Positions 50,013-59,543 of a stretch of DNA of 64,000 bases are shown in pieces. The notes beneath the pieces were generated by a model. It did no database searches, had not been told where the DNA came from, and saw nothing but the letters and a program-made list of their open reading frames with translations. The stretch lies in assembly GCA_029976075.1 (NCBI GenBank), contig JARKNW010000087.1:68511-132510 (forward strand). The letters are read 5' to 3'. A program made the translations under genes and the position numbers. The stretch's first letter is position 1. Each line of letters opens with the position of its first letter. Source of the DNA: Pleomorphomonas sp. GTDB taxonomy: Bacteria; Pseudomonadota; Alphaproteobacteria; Rhizobiales; Pleomorphomonadaceae.

Positions 50013-51218
50013 TCAAGCTCCCTGTTCGGCAACCTTTTGCGGGCAGCTGGGGAGCGGCAGGGCGAGGGAGAGGAGCGCCAGGGCGATGATGACGGCGCCG
50101 AACACCGTGGCCGTCTCGAGAAGGCCGACGTGGCGGGCGGCGTAGCCGGCGATCATCGCCGGCAGGGCGTTGGCGAGGTAGCTTTCGAAATAGAAGGCCG
50201 ACATCAGGCCGGCGCGCTCCCCGGCCGTGACCTTGCTGACAATGCTGCGGGTGGCGCCGAGAAAGCCCGACCCGAAGCCGATGCCGGAGAGGACGGCGCC
50301 GGCCATCAGCACGGCCGGGCTGCCGAGATAGGCGCCGCCGAGGATGACCGCCGTACCGAGCGAGATGGTCAGGCCACCGGTGGCGAGGCCGGCGTTGGCG
50401 CTCTTGTTGCGGAAGACGACGATGGCGGCGGTGCCGGAAAAGGTGAGCGCGGCCACGGCGGCGCCGCCGAGCCAGGTGGAGGCGCCGCCGGACATCTCGC
50501 GGATCAGCGACGGCATCAGCGACAGGAAGAAGCCGCCGAGCGCCCAGGTGGCGATGTTGAGCGGGGCGACGCGCAGGAAGGCCTGGCGGGCGGCTTCCGG
50601 CACCTCGATGCGCGGGCGCGGCGACCACCTAGTGCCCGACAGCGATGCCGCCGTTTCCTTTGAGCGGAGGCTGCGCAGCACCTGGACGAGGAAGACGGCG
50701 ATCAGCAGCCCGTAGACGAAACGCAACGGAGCGGGCGCCACCTGTGCCAGGAGGCCGGAGCCCATGGCGCCGACGCCCATGCCGATCATCGGTGCGATGG
50801 AGTTGATGGTGGCGCCGGCCTTGTGGTCGAGGTCGAGCAGGGCGGCGGCGAGCGCCGTGGTGGCGAGCGCCGTGGCAAAGCCCTGGACGAGACGGGCGGC
50901 GAGCAGCCAGTCGCCATCCTGCGCCAGCGCGAAAAGCGCCATGGAGAGCAGCTCGGCGGCGAGCGCCAGCAGGATCACCGGCCGCCGGCCCCAATGGTTG
51001 GAGAGCGAGCCGAAGAACAGCAGCGTCATCAGCAGCGTGGCGGCGTAGACGGCGAAGATCACCGTGATCATGAAGGGCGAGAAGCCCCAGGCCGCCTGAT
51101 AGAGCGGGTAGAGCGGCGTCGGTGCGCTGGAAGCGGCGAGGAACGCGATGAGGGTGACGGCATGAAGAGCCAGCCCGGTGCGCTTGCGGACCTCGGTGGT
51201 ATCTGAGCGGATGGTCAT
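50013..51218 (-). CDS. MFS transporter
   Basis: ASSAPTPLYPLYQ...GSLSNHWGRRPV; about 12 TMs. Confidence 0.9.
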   Translation of the reverse strand: MTIRSDTTEVRKRTGLALHAVTLIAFLAASSAPTPLYPLYQAAWGFSPFMITVIFAVYAATLLMTLLFFGSLSNHWGRRPVILLALAAELLSMALFALAQDGDWLLAARLVQGFATALATTALAAALLDLDHKAGATINSIAPMIGMGVGAMGSGLLAQVAPAPLRFVYGLLIAVFLVQVLRSLRSKETAASLSGTRWSPRPRIEVPEAARQAFLRVAPLNIATWALGGFFLSLMPSLIREMSGGASTWLGGAAVAALTFSGTAAIVVFRNKSANAGLATGGLTISLGTAVILGGAYLGSPAVLMAGAVLSGIGFGSGFLGATRSIVSKVTAGERAGLMSAFYFESYLANALPAMIAGYAARHVGLLETATVFGAVIIALALLSLALPLPSCPQKVAEQGA

Positions 51219-51234
51219 GGTCTGGCCTTTGTGG

Positions 51235-51295
51235 TAAAAGCAAAGAGTTTGCGTTTATACCGCAAGCTGACTCTAAAAGCAAATTTTTTGCTTTA
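51235..51295. promoter_or_regulatory. two TetR operator palindromes
   Basis: TAAAAGCAAA-GAG-TTTGCGTTTA and TAAAAGCAAA-TTT-TTTGCTTTA. Confidence 0.7.
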
Positions 51296-51327
51296 GTGAA
51301 GGCGCATGGACAGTTGCTGGCTGGAAC

Positions 51328-51912
51328 ATGGAACAGGAACAAGGCGATATCGGCAGGCCCCATCAGGCGATGCCGCGGCCCGGTGGCCGCGCCGCCCGCA
51401 TCCAGGCGGCGATTTTCAAGGCCGTGGACGAGCTTCAGTTGGACGGCGAGGAGCTGACCGTGCCGGCCATCGCGGCGCGGGCCGGGGTGACGCCGTCGAC
51501 CATCTATCGCCGCTGGGGCACCCTGGCCGACCTTCTCTCCGAGGTGGCGGTGAAGCGGCTGCGCCCCGACGGCGAGCCGAGGGATAGCGGCGACTGGCGC
51601 GCCGACCTCAAGGGCTGGCTCGAGCAATATGCCGAGGAGATGGCCTCCGAGCCCGGTCGGGCCATGATGCGCGATGTGCTCTCGGCCGATCGGCTGGACA
51701 ACGCCTGCACCTGTTCGGTCTACACCTGCCAGCAGCTCGACGTCATCCGCGACCGGGCGCTCGCCCTCGGCGACAGGCCGCCCGACACCCGGGCGATCAT
51801 GGACCGGGTGATCGCGCCGGTGATCTACCGCATCCTGTTCACCCGCGAAGGTGCCGACGGCGCCTATGTGGCCGGGCTGGTCGAGGACCTCCTGGGCGAG
51901 GCGGGCGCGTAG
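51328..51912 (+). CDS. TetR-family regulator
   Basis: RPGGRAARIQ...LTVPAIAARAGVTPSTIYRRWG. Confidence 0.9.
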   Translation: MEQEQGDIGRPHQAMPRPGGRAARIQAAIFKAVDELQLDGEELTVPAIAARAGVTPSTIYRRWGTLADLLSEVAVKRLRPDGEPRDSGDWRADLKGWLEQYAEEMASEPGRAMMRDVLSADRLDNACTCSVYTCQQLDVIRDRALALGDRPPDTRAIMDRVIAPVIYRILFTREGADGAYVAGLVEDLLGEAGA

Positions 51913-51947
51913 GACGCGCCGCCATCACCGAAGGCAGGGCAAGACGG

Positions 51948-52406
51948 TCAGGATCGCGACGGACGGACGGCTTTCCAGATGGCTGCCAGTTTGTTGGTTG
52001 CCTCGGCGATCGGGGCGAAGTCGCCGCGCAGCGCCTTCAACGCATAGCGCTCCTGGTCGATCTCCTCGATGGTGCGGAACCCCATGCGGCGGAAGATGGC
52101 GAGCGGTGGGCACCACCCCTCGACCGCGTGCTGGAACAGGAAGGCGGAGACCAGGGCGGGCAGGGCGAACCAGCGGCGGCCGATGGTGGAACCGAGCACG
52201 ACGCCGGCAAAACCCAGGGCGGCGGCGTTGGCCTGAAGGGCGCGCTCAACGTCCCATTCGTTGTCCAGTTCGGCCAGTCGCGCCGGAATCTCCTCCGGGT
52301 GGAACTCGTAATAGGCGAGGCGCCGTTCCGTCTCCAGGCGGATGCGGCGGTTGATCTCCTCGTCGGTGTTGGCTGAAACGCGGTCTGCCGTGCTGGTGTC
52401 GGTCAT
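51948..52406 (-). CDS. DUF2892/YgaP-like membrane protein
   Basis: RLAELDNEWDVERAL...FLFQHAVEGWCPPL..FRRMGFRT..EI..ERYALKALRGDF. Confidence 0.8.
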   Translation of the reverse strand: MTDTSTADRVSANTDEEINRRIRLETERRLAYYEFHPEEIPARLAELDNEWDVERALQANAAALGFAGVVLGSTIGRRWFALPALVSAFLFQHAVEGWCPPLAIFRRMGFRTIEEIDQERYALKALRGDFAPIAEATNKLAAIWKAVRPSRS

Positions 52407-52447
52407 GGGGGGCTCCTCGAACCGCAGATGGACGCAGAAGTCCTCTG

Positions 52448-52473
52448 AACGGCTGGGGATCGGCAAAGGTTCC
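52448..52473 (-). promoter_or_regulatory. sigma-EcfG (RpoE2/SigT) general-stress promoter
   Basis: GGAAC-N17-CGTT on minus strand, ~40 bp upstream of the ATG. Confidence 0.7.
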
Positions 52474-52684
52474 CGCGCGGGGCGCGTTCGCCCTCCTTAA
52501 TTCGGCGGGTCCGCAGGACTGCGATTGCCTCTCATATGTTGCCAACATAGGTTGCTACCTTGGGCTGCTGCCGTGTTCTGGATTCGTCATATCATATAGG
52601 CGATCGTGGACTTGGGATGCCCGTTGGAGACGATCCGGAGGGGCGTCGAGGCTCGTTGCGTGCAAGCGGAGGAGATCGGGGAAA

Positions 52685-53389
52685 ATGGCTGGCGGCTTGG
52701 TATGGGTCATCATGGCGTCTTTCACGGCCCTTGTCGGGGGCTACATCGCCAACCTCAACAATCGAAACCCATGGCTGTGGGCCGTCGTCTGCTTCTTTGT
52801 TTCGGGGCTGGGCTTCCTCATCCTGATGTTGTTGGGAAAGGCTCCGGAGCCGACGCCGCCGCCCAAGAAGGCCTGGGAAATCGACCTCAACGAAAAAGCG
52901 CCCGTGCCGGTTGCCGTGCGCCCCGAACGGGCGTGGTGGGACCACCTCAAGGCCACCGATGCCGACATCAGGGCGGCGGCCAGCGAGGTCTCGCAACTGT
53001 CGGATGACTATGAGGACGTGCTCGCCGATCAGTTTCTCACGCCTGCGGACAAGAAGGATTATCTCCGCTCGCTGGTCGAGGCGCTCAAGGCGCAGCATGC
53101 CGCCCTCGTCGAGCAACAGGCCGCCGATGACGACGCGGCCCTGCCGTCGATGCAGGCCAAGCGGAAGCTGGCGCTGGAGAAGCGCGTGGACCGGTCCAGG
53201 GCGATGATGGACGAGATCACCGCCAACGGCATGGTCTGCCGGCAGACCGGCAAGAAGGTGGCCTCAATGCAGCTCTATGCCGGCCGGCAGATCGACGACC
53301 ACGGCTATGCCTTTCTCCGCTACGAGGACGGCACCAGCGAGCTGAGGTCCGGCGACTATTTCACGCTGGCACCAAGCGACGGGCCGTAG
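52685..53389 (+). CDS. hypothetical membrane-anchored protein
   Basis: Two N-terminal TMs, Pro-rich linker, helical soluble domain. Confidence 0.7.
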   Translation: MAGGLVWVIMASFTALVGGYIANLNNRNPWLWAVVCFFVSGLGFLILMLLGKAPEPTPPPKKAWEIDLNEKAPVPVAVRPERAWWDHLKATDADIRAAASEVSQLSDDYEDVLADQFLTPADKKDYLRSLVEALKAQHAALVEQQAADDDAALPSMQAKRKLALEKRVDRSRAMMDEITANGMVCRQTGKKVASMQLYAGRQIDDHGYAFLRYEDGTSELRSGDYFTLAPSDGP

Positions 53390-53433
53390 TCTTTGCCGGG
53401 AGGGGCGAGGCATTGCGCCTCGCCGCCGTCGGC

Positions 53434-54498
53434 TCATTTTCCGCTACGGCTCGCCAGTTCGTTGGCGTAGTCGATGACGGCGCGCTGGCGTTCCGGCGTG
53501 CCGGGGTGGGTGGACAGCATGCTGGTGTCGCCGTGGTCGCCGGTGGTCGCCTCCAGGCGCGTAAAGAAGCGGGCGAGGGCGGAGGGATCGTAGCCGGCGG
53601 CGCGCATGAGCTCGACCGAGCGCCGGTCGGCTTCCGCCTCGGCGGCGCGCGAGTAGCTGAGGGACAGGATGGCGCTGCCCTGCGTCAGGATGTCTTGTAC
53701 GCCGGAACCGACATCGCCGGCCACCAGCAGGATCAGCGCAGTGACGCCGGCCATGCGGTAGATCTGGTGGAGGGTGTGCTTGTACTCGACGTGGCCGATC
53801 TCGTGGCCGAGCACGCCGAGCACCATGACATCGTCGCTGCCCGCCAGCTTGATCAGGTCGTCGGTGACGATCAGGCTGCCGTTCGGCAGGGCGAAGGCGT
53901 TGGGGCCGATCGGGCCGCCGTCGCGGAACTCCAGCCGGTAGGCGCCGGCGCCGCCTTGGGATACGGCGGCGAGCTTCTGAAACTCGGCCGAGAGCATGGC
54001 CTTCCGGTCGTCGGGGAGCTTTGAAGGGTGGAGTAGCGTGCCGTCGAGCGAGGAGAGGGCGCTGGCGCCGATCATCTCTGGCACGAAGGGCGGCGTGACC
54101 CACACGGCGACTTCCACCAGAACCGGCACGGCATAGCGTAAGATTGCCACGGTCAGCAGCACGACGGCCAGCGTGAAGGCGATCAGCCGGGGGCGGAAGG
54201 CTTCGAGGCCGTGGATCAGCCCGGCGCGCGCGCCCTTGCGCAGGCGCAGCCAGGCGTCGACGCCGTCATTGTCGCCGGTTTCGAACACCGAGCCATCGGG
54301 AAAGGTCAAGCGGCGGGGGATGGAGCCTACGCGCGGACTGATCTCCACAAGGCCGGTATCGGCGTTGGCCAGAACGACATCGCCAGCGGTTGCCACAAGA
54401 TTGCCATTGCCCGCCAGAAGCCGGGCAACCACTGAATGGCTGGAGCCGGGCGGATGCCATTCGCCAAGCGCGATCAGCGCATCAGAAGCCAAAGTCAA
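53434..54498 (-). CDS. M48 family zinc metallopeptidase
   Basis: PNAFALP, HEIGH, YSRAAEAEAD, LSTHP. Confidence 0.92.
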   Translation of the reverse strand: MTLASDALIALGEWHPPGSSHSVVARLLAGNGNLVATAGDVVLANADTGLVEISPRVGSIPRRLTFPDGSVFETGDNDGVDAWLRLRKGARAGLIHGLEAFRPRLIAFTLAVVLLTVAILRYAVPVLVEVAVWVTPPFVPEMIGASALSSLDGTLLHPSKLPDDRKAMLSAEFQKLAAVSQGGAGAYRLEFRDGGPIGPNAFALPNGSLIVTDDLIKLAGSDDVMVLGVLGHEIGHVEYKHTLHQIYRMAGVTALILLVAGDVGSGVQDILTQGSAILSLSYSRAAEAEADRRSVELMRAAGYDPSALARFFTRLEATTGDHGDTSMLSTHPGTPERQRAVIDYANELASRSGK

Positions 54499-55543
54499 AG
54501 CCTTCCATGTCGACGTATTCGGCGGAGATGGCCGATCCGCTTGCCTCGACGCTGGAGATCACTTCACCCGGATCGCCGTGGACTCGGATGCCTGTGTGCG
54601 CGTTGGTGTAGCGCGCCATACGCACCGCCGCCCAAGGGCGCATCAGACCGAGGGTGAACATGGTGACGAGGATATTGGAAAAGGCGACCCAGGCATAGCC
54701 GAGCCGGGGCACGTCGCTCAGAAGCTGATGACGGCCGTCTAGCACCGCCACCGACAGGACGACGTTGCGCACGCCGATGCGATAGATGAGGCCGACGAGC
54801 CCGAGCAAGAGAATGGCTAGGAAGGGAAGGAACTGGATGACAAGGATGGACCAGGCGGGCGCGTTGTAGGAGTGTCTATCCATGGCCATCATCATGGCGA
54901 AGCCGCCGCCCATGATGACGCTGCCGAGCACGAACAGCAGGGCGGGCAGCAGCCAAACCCGATAGAGGGCGCCGAGGCGCGGATCGGCGCTGAAGGGCCG
55001 ATCCCCATAGCGCAGATTGTTGAGGATATAGCGCCACATCCACCGGCTGGCGAGCGGCGCCAGGATGCCGAGTGTGAGGAAGGCCACGATGCCGCCCAAC
55101 GTGAAGGCGACGAAGGCGCCATTAGTGGTGCCAACGAAATTGAAGCGGACGTTGCGATAGCTGGTGACGCGGGCATTGAAGCGAAGGCTGCGGCGGATCA
55201 GCCATGGTAGCCCGACCATGTAGATCACCCAGGTCACTAGGGCGAACGCCGGATGAAGATTGTTGAGAACGCCGATGACGATGAGCGCGCCGATGACGAT
55301 CAGCCGACCGATGAGGATCTGTCCGCCCCTCGCGTGATACTCGAAGGTTCGGCCAAGCAGCACGGTGTTGCCATAGAAATAGCGCTTGCGGCGCACCTTG
55401 GCCCAGGCCGAGTAGATGCCGAGGGTGACGATGGTCAGCAGGATGTTGACGATCCAGATGCCGAAATACTCCGAGGCGGTGCCGGAAAAGGACGCGCGAG
55501 AAACATCACCCGCCCCGGCGGGCTGCGCATCGACGAAAACCAT
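54482..55543 (-). CDS. YjgN/DUF898 family membrane protein
   Basis: FSGTASEYFGIWIVNILLTIVTLGIYSAWAKVR; typical partner of M48 peptidases. Confidence 0.92.
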   Translation of the reverse strand: MVFVDAQPAGAGDVSRASFSGTASEYFGIWIVNILLTIVTLGIYSAWAKVRRKRYFYGNTVLLGRTFEYHARGGQILIGRLIVIGALIVIGVLNNLHPAFALVTWVIYMVGLPWLIRRSLRFNARVTSYRNVRFNFVGTTNGAFVAFTLGGIVAFLTLGILAPLASRWMWRYILNNLRYGDRPFSADPRLGALYRVWLLPALLFVLGSVIMGGGFAMMMAMDRHSYNAPAWSILVIQFLPFLAILLLGLVGLIYRIGVRNVVLSVAVLDGRHQLLSDVPRLGYAWVAFSNILVTMFTLGLMRPWAAVRMARYTNAHTGIRVHGDPGEVISSVEASGSAISAEYVDMEGFDFGF

Positions 55544-56024
55544 GATTCAATCCCCCAGAGGTGCCGGATGGCAGATTGCGCCACCTCGTTCGCACCAGAC
55601 AATTAGAAACACCCGGAAAATGTTTTCAACCTTAACGTTTGGCGGTGGATGAGGTTTAAAGCTGCCCTCGGCTGCTGCGGGAGCTCCAGACGGCCATTGC
55701 CGGACGATGATTATGCCCACCGCCGACCAGATTAGTCCCTTGCAGGTAATGATTTTTCCTGTAATGCAGACGATTCCCGTCGTATCGCGATCATGCGCTC
55801 GTGTGCCGTCTTCGTCCGTGATTGATGTCGGCGGGCAGTGAGTATGATGCACGCAGATGGTGCGGCAGGCGTAATAGTCGTTGATGGATGGAATGGGCTT
55901 GCCGGAACGGTTCGCGATCGATCCCGTCCCGAATGGAGACGAGAGGCCGCCTGTTCGCGATACGTAAGTCCCTACAGGTTCGGTGGTGCCTTTCAAAAAC
56001 CGGTCGGTTTCTCGGCAATCCATA

Positions 56025-56096
56025 TTATAAGCATACGTGCATAACCGACTGTCGCGCCGGACATCGGCGGCGCATATTATGGGTGTATTCCCAAAA
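56025..56096. promoter_or_regulatory. two imperfect 20-bp palindromes upstream of the DUF134 gene
   Basis: TTATAAGCATACGTGCATAA and TTATGGGTGTATTCCCAAAA, both preceded by CATA. Confidence 0.45.
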
Positions 56097-56106
56097 CGGA
56101 GACCAA

Positions 56107-56478
56107 ATGGCGAGACCGCAGAAGCCCCGCACCGTCAGCGACGAGCTGCCCGCGAGCTACTTCAAGCCGCAGGGCATTCCGTTGATGTCGCTCAGCGAGA
56201 TCGTGCTGACGCTGGATGGACACGAGGCCTTGCGCCTCGTCGATGTCGAGGGGCTGGACCAGCAGGAAGCGGCACTGCGGATGAACGTGTCGCGGTCGAC
56301 GCTGTCGCGCATCCTCGGCGAGGCGCGGCGGACGACCGCCACCGCCATCACGCGCGGGCTGGCGCTGCGCATCGAGGGCGGCAGCGTGACGCGTCCCAAG
56401 GATGGCGGCTGCGGCCATCGCCCCAAGGACACCGTGGATCTCGGGATGCCAGACTTGAAGGACGAAGACCGATCATGA
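56107..56478 (+). CDS. DUF134 HTH protein
   Basis: MARPQKPR...YFKPQGIP...EALRLVDVEGLDQQEAA.RMNVSRSTL...LRIEGG. Confidence 0.9.
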   Translation: MARPQKPRTVSDELPASYFKPQGIPLMSLSEIVLTLDGHEALRLVDVEGLDQQEAALRMNVSRSTLSRILGEARRTTATAITRGLALRIEGGSVTRPKDGGCGHRPKDTVDLGMPDLKDEDRS

Positions 56479-56861
56479 CCCTGCTTGCCGTTCCCTCCGA
56501 CGCTCCCGGCGGTTTCGATGCCGACATTTCCGGCCACTTCGGCCATTGCGACGCCTTCTCGCTGTTCCGCATCGATGGCGGCAAGGTGGTGGAGACGACC
56601 ATTCTGCCGGCCGTGCCGCATGACAACTGCCTTGCCCCGGTGCGGCAGCTCGCCGAGCGCGGCGTGACGGCCATCGTCGCCTACGGCATGGGCCCCCGGC
56701 CGCTTTCCGGCTTCCTCGCCTCGGGCATCCAGCCGTTCTACGCCGGTGACCACCAGAAGGTGGGCGACGTGGTCGATGCCTTCCTCGGCCAGCAACTGCC
56801 GGCCTTCTCCGCCGATCACACCTGCGCGCATCATGCGGAAGGCGAGGACTGCCACCACTGA
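56475..56861 (+). CDS. NifB/NifX (Nitro_FeMo-Co) family protein
   Basis: ISGHFGHCDAF, GMGPRP, His/Cys-rich tail; ATGA overlap. Confidence 0.88.
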   Translation: MTLLAVPSDAPGGFDADISGHFGHCDAFSLFRIDGGKVVETTILPAVPHDNCLAPVRQLAERGVTAIVAYGMGPRPLSGFLASGIQPFYAGDHQKVGDVVDAFLGQQLPAFSADHTCAHHAEGEDCHH

Positions 56862-57056
56862 GCGCCTGCCTGGAAATTCTACTGGGGTGGGAAGCTGGCA
56901 TGGAACGCCGCGCTTCCGGTGCTTACGGGCTACCTTTCAAGACGCAACTCCGGGCGCAAAACCGCTGGGCACTTTTGCTGGAGTTGCTTTAAGTCCGCTC
57001 CGGTTCTCGTGTTCGTCGCCATCTGCCGCACCCCAGTGAATTCTGAGGCGGGCTCT
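56861..57056. mobile_element. MITE-like family B copy with nested family C repeat (56944-56987)
   Basis: AATTCTACTGGGGTGGG...GCGCTTCCGGTGCT...CCGCTCCGGTTCTCG...CCGCACCCCAG; insert GCAACTCC..CAAAACC..CACTTTTGCTGGAGTTGC. Confidence 0.78.
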
Positions 57057-57205
57057 ACGGAGCCCGCTGGAGAGTGATATCCGTTCCGTTTGATCTGGAC
57101 TCATCCAGCTCAAACGGGTTTTGGCCTGACCGGCCGGCGCCCGGTCGGGCGCTTCCGTTTCCGTCAATTTCCGCCCGGAAGGTCGAAGCCTGACGGAAGC
57201 GGTAG

Positions 57206-57270
57206 GAGACCTATATCGGCGGTTCGCTTCGTTCTGCCTGAGGTCCCAGCCTTCGCTGGGATGACAGAAT
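57206..57270. repeat. REP family A left arm
   Basis: GAGACCTATATC...GAGGTCCCAGC-CTTC-GCTGGGATGAC. Confidence 0.8.
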
Positions 57271-57588
57271 TACATGATTGATCCAGAGCGATAGGGGTGT
57301 CGCCCCTTCTTTCCAAGTTGTTTTCCTCGGCCAAGCAGAGCGCCTCGGGCTGGAAGGCGGGGCGTCCACCGGGGGGGGCGTTCCGGGCCTCGTCTTGAAA
57401 AGCGCCTGCAATTGTATCGCCCTGTATCGTCGTTCCGCCCTGCGACGGCCGATTACAATAGATTAGTATATTCGCGATTGCGCAGATAGCGATTGCAAAG
57501 GACTGTCGCGGCCATTGGGCGGCGTCTGCCGAAGGTTTCGCAAAAGGCTGGCTTTGGCAGAAACAAAGACGCTGGGCTGGAGACAAAC

Positions 57589-58491
57589 ATGACCGACTTG
57601 GGCACTGGCCGGCAGTTCAGCTGGCGCGCACTGACTTCGATGATGACCACCGGTGGCTTCCTGATCATGGGCGTCACCGGGCTGATGCTGTTCGCGACGC
57701 CCGAGGGGCGGCTCGCCTATTGGGTGGACTGGTCGCTGGGCGGCCTGACCAAGGCGGAGTGGGGGGCGATCCACGTCACGTCCAGCCTGCTGTTCCTGAT
57801 CGCCGGCTTCGTCCACCTGTGGTTCAACTGGCGGCAGTTCGTCGCCTATCTCCGTCATCGCTTGCAGCGGAAGGTCTCGATCCGGCCGGAAGCGCCGGCG
57901 GCCGGCGCGCTGCTCGCCGTGCTGGTGGCGGGGACGCTTTGGGGCGTGCCTCCATTCACCTGGGTGCTCGATCTCAGCACGGCCATCAAGGCGTCGTGGT
58001 CGGTGGACGCCCGCATGGAGCCGCCGTTCGGCCACGCCGAGGAGGCAACGCTGGATACGCTGGCGCTGCGCACCGCGACGCCGGTGGGCGCAATTCTCGG
58101 TGCCATCCGCGATGCCGGCTTCGCGGCGGACTCCACCGGGGAGACCATGCGCCGCATCGCCGACCGCAACGGCACCAGCCCGGCGGCGATCTGGGTGGAA
58201 GTGGCCAAGCGCGTGCCGTCGGTCATTCCGGCGCCGGTCGATGCCAGCGCCGCCTGGACGCCGGAACTGGTCGACCAGCGCTTCGAAGGGGCGGGCTTCG
58301 GCGCCAAGACGCTGGAACAAGTGGCGACGGAACTGGCGCTGACGCCCGACGAGGTGCTGAAGCGGCTCGCCGACGCCGGCGTCACCGCCAGCAAGGGCGA
58401 TCGCCTGAAGGCGGCGGCCGAAACGGCCAAGGCGACGCCCACCGAGCTTCTGAAGGTGATCCTGGTGCCGGGCTTCAAGCTGCCGGGGTGA
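57589..58491 (+). CDS. DUF4405 cytochrome-b-like membrane protein with repeated C-terminal domains
   Basis: TGLMLF.TPEGRLAYWVDW.LGGLTK.EW..IH...HLWFNWR; two helical repeats (MRRIADRNGTSP / LKAAAETAKATP). Confidence 0.78.
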   Translation: MTDLGTGRQFSWRALTSMMTTGGFLIMGVTGLMLFATPEGRLAYWVDWSLGGLTKAEWGAIHVTSSLLFLIAGFVHLWFNWRQFVAYLRHRLQRKVSIRPEAPAAGALLAVLVAGTLWGVPPFTWVLDLSTAIKASWSVDARMEPPFGHAEEATLDTLALRTATPVGAILGAIRDAGFAADSTGETMRRIADRNGTSPAAIWVEVAKRVPSVIPAPVDASAAWTPELVDQRFEGAGFGAKTLEQVATELALTPDEVLKRLADAGVTASKGDRLKAAAETAKATPTELLKVILVPGFKLPG

Positions 58492-58508
58492 AGTTGCTAG
58501 TGGCCGGT

Positions 58509-59231
58509 CTATGCCCGCGCCTCGTACTCCCTCACCAGCTTGTCAAGAAAGCCGAACAGCTTTTCGTTCATCGCCGTGTAGTCGTTGCGGCGCAGCGCGT
58601 CCGGCTGCTGGACGAAGCGGTGGGCGGTGAGGGTGGGGAACTCGGCTTCCGAGGCGGCGATCAGGAGATCGATCACTTCGGGGGTGAACTCCATGTGGCA
58701 CTGGAAGCCGTAGGCGAGCTTGCCGTATTCGACGATCTGGCGCGGGCAGCCTTCGCTCGCGGCGATCAGCACGGCGTCGGGCGTCAGGCCGGGCATGTCG
58801 GAATGCCAATGGCCGACGTCCAGCGTCGAGCCGAAAGGAGCGAACTTGTCGTTGGCAAGACCAGCCGCCGTCAGCGTGATCGGGAATTTGCCGATCTCCT
58901 TCTCCGGGCTGTGCTCGCACGGGGCGCCGAGCGCCTCACCCATCAGCTGCGAGCCCAGGCAGACGCCGACAACGGCTTTCCCCTCGGCGATCGCCCTGGC
59001 GATCAATGCCTTCTCCGCCGCCGCATCGAAATGCGGGCACTCTTCCAGCGTGGTGGCGGGCGACTGCGGGCCGCCCATCACCACCAGCATGTCGATGGCG
59101 GCAAGCGAAGCCGGCAGCGCGTCGCCGAGATAGACGCGCGAATAGCCCACCGTGTGGCCGCGGTTTGCCGCCCAGGTTTCATAGGCGCCTGGCGCTTCGA
59201 AGGATTCATGGACGACGAAGTGGATGTGCAT
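58509..59231 (-). CDS. type 1 glutamine amidotransferase-like protein
   Basis: HESFEAPG, VMGGPQS, GVCLGSQL, FQCHME. Confidence 0.9.
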   Translation of the reverse strand: MHIHFVVHESFEAPGAYETWAANRGHTVGYSRVYLGDALPASLAAIDMLVVMGGPQSPATTLEECPHFDAAAEKALIARAIAEGKAVVGVCLGSQLMGEALGAPCEHSPEKEIGKFPITLTAAGLANDKFAPFGSTLDVGHWHSDMPGLTPDAVLIAASEGCPRQIVEYGKLAYGFQCHMEFTPEVIDLLIAASEAEFPTLTAHRFVQQPDALRRNDYTAMNEKLFGFLDKLVREYEARA

Positions 59232-59274
59232 GGAAGTTGCCTCGACTGTTGCAAGTGGTTCTAGAGCTTTGTTA

Positions 59275-59326
59275 AGGCGCAGTTCCGGACGCAAAACCGG
59301 TTCCCACTTTTGCTGGACCTGCTCTA
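59275..59326. repeat. repeat family C
   Basis: GCGCAGTTCCGGACGCAAAACCGGTTCCCACTTTTGCTGGACCTGCTCT. Confidence 0.8.
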
Positions 59327-59543
59327 TCGGTTGACGGCCCATATGAAAACGCCCCGCTGACGGCTGTCGGCGAGGCTTCGGTGGACGCTGATTTTGCGGG
59401 GATCAGGAGAGATCGGACCTCGAACCCGCAAAAGGCGCAGCGCGCACGTCGGCCGACGGGCGTTGTTGGTGCGCGGTGAGGGCTGCGAAAGCTGCGGTCA
59501 TGGAGCGATGATGCGGGGGATGGCGGGGTGCCGTCAAGGTGGT

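Noticed and set aside
55547-56023. 158-aa minus-strand ORF
   Set aside because: No RBS or motif; atypical composition; likely intergenic
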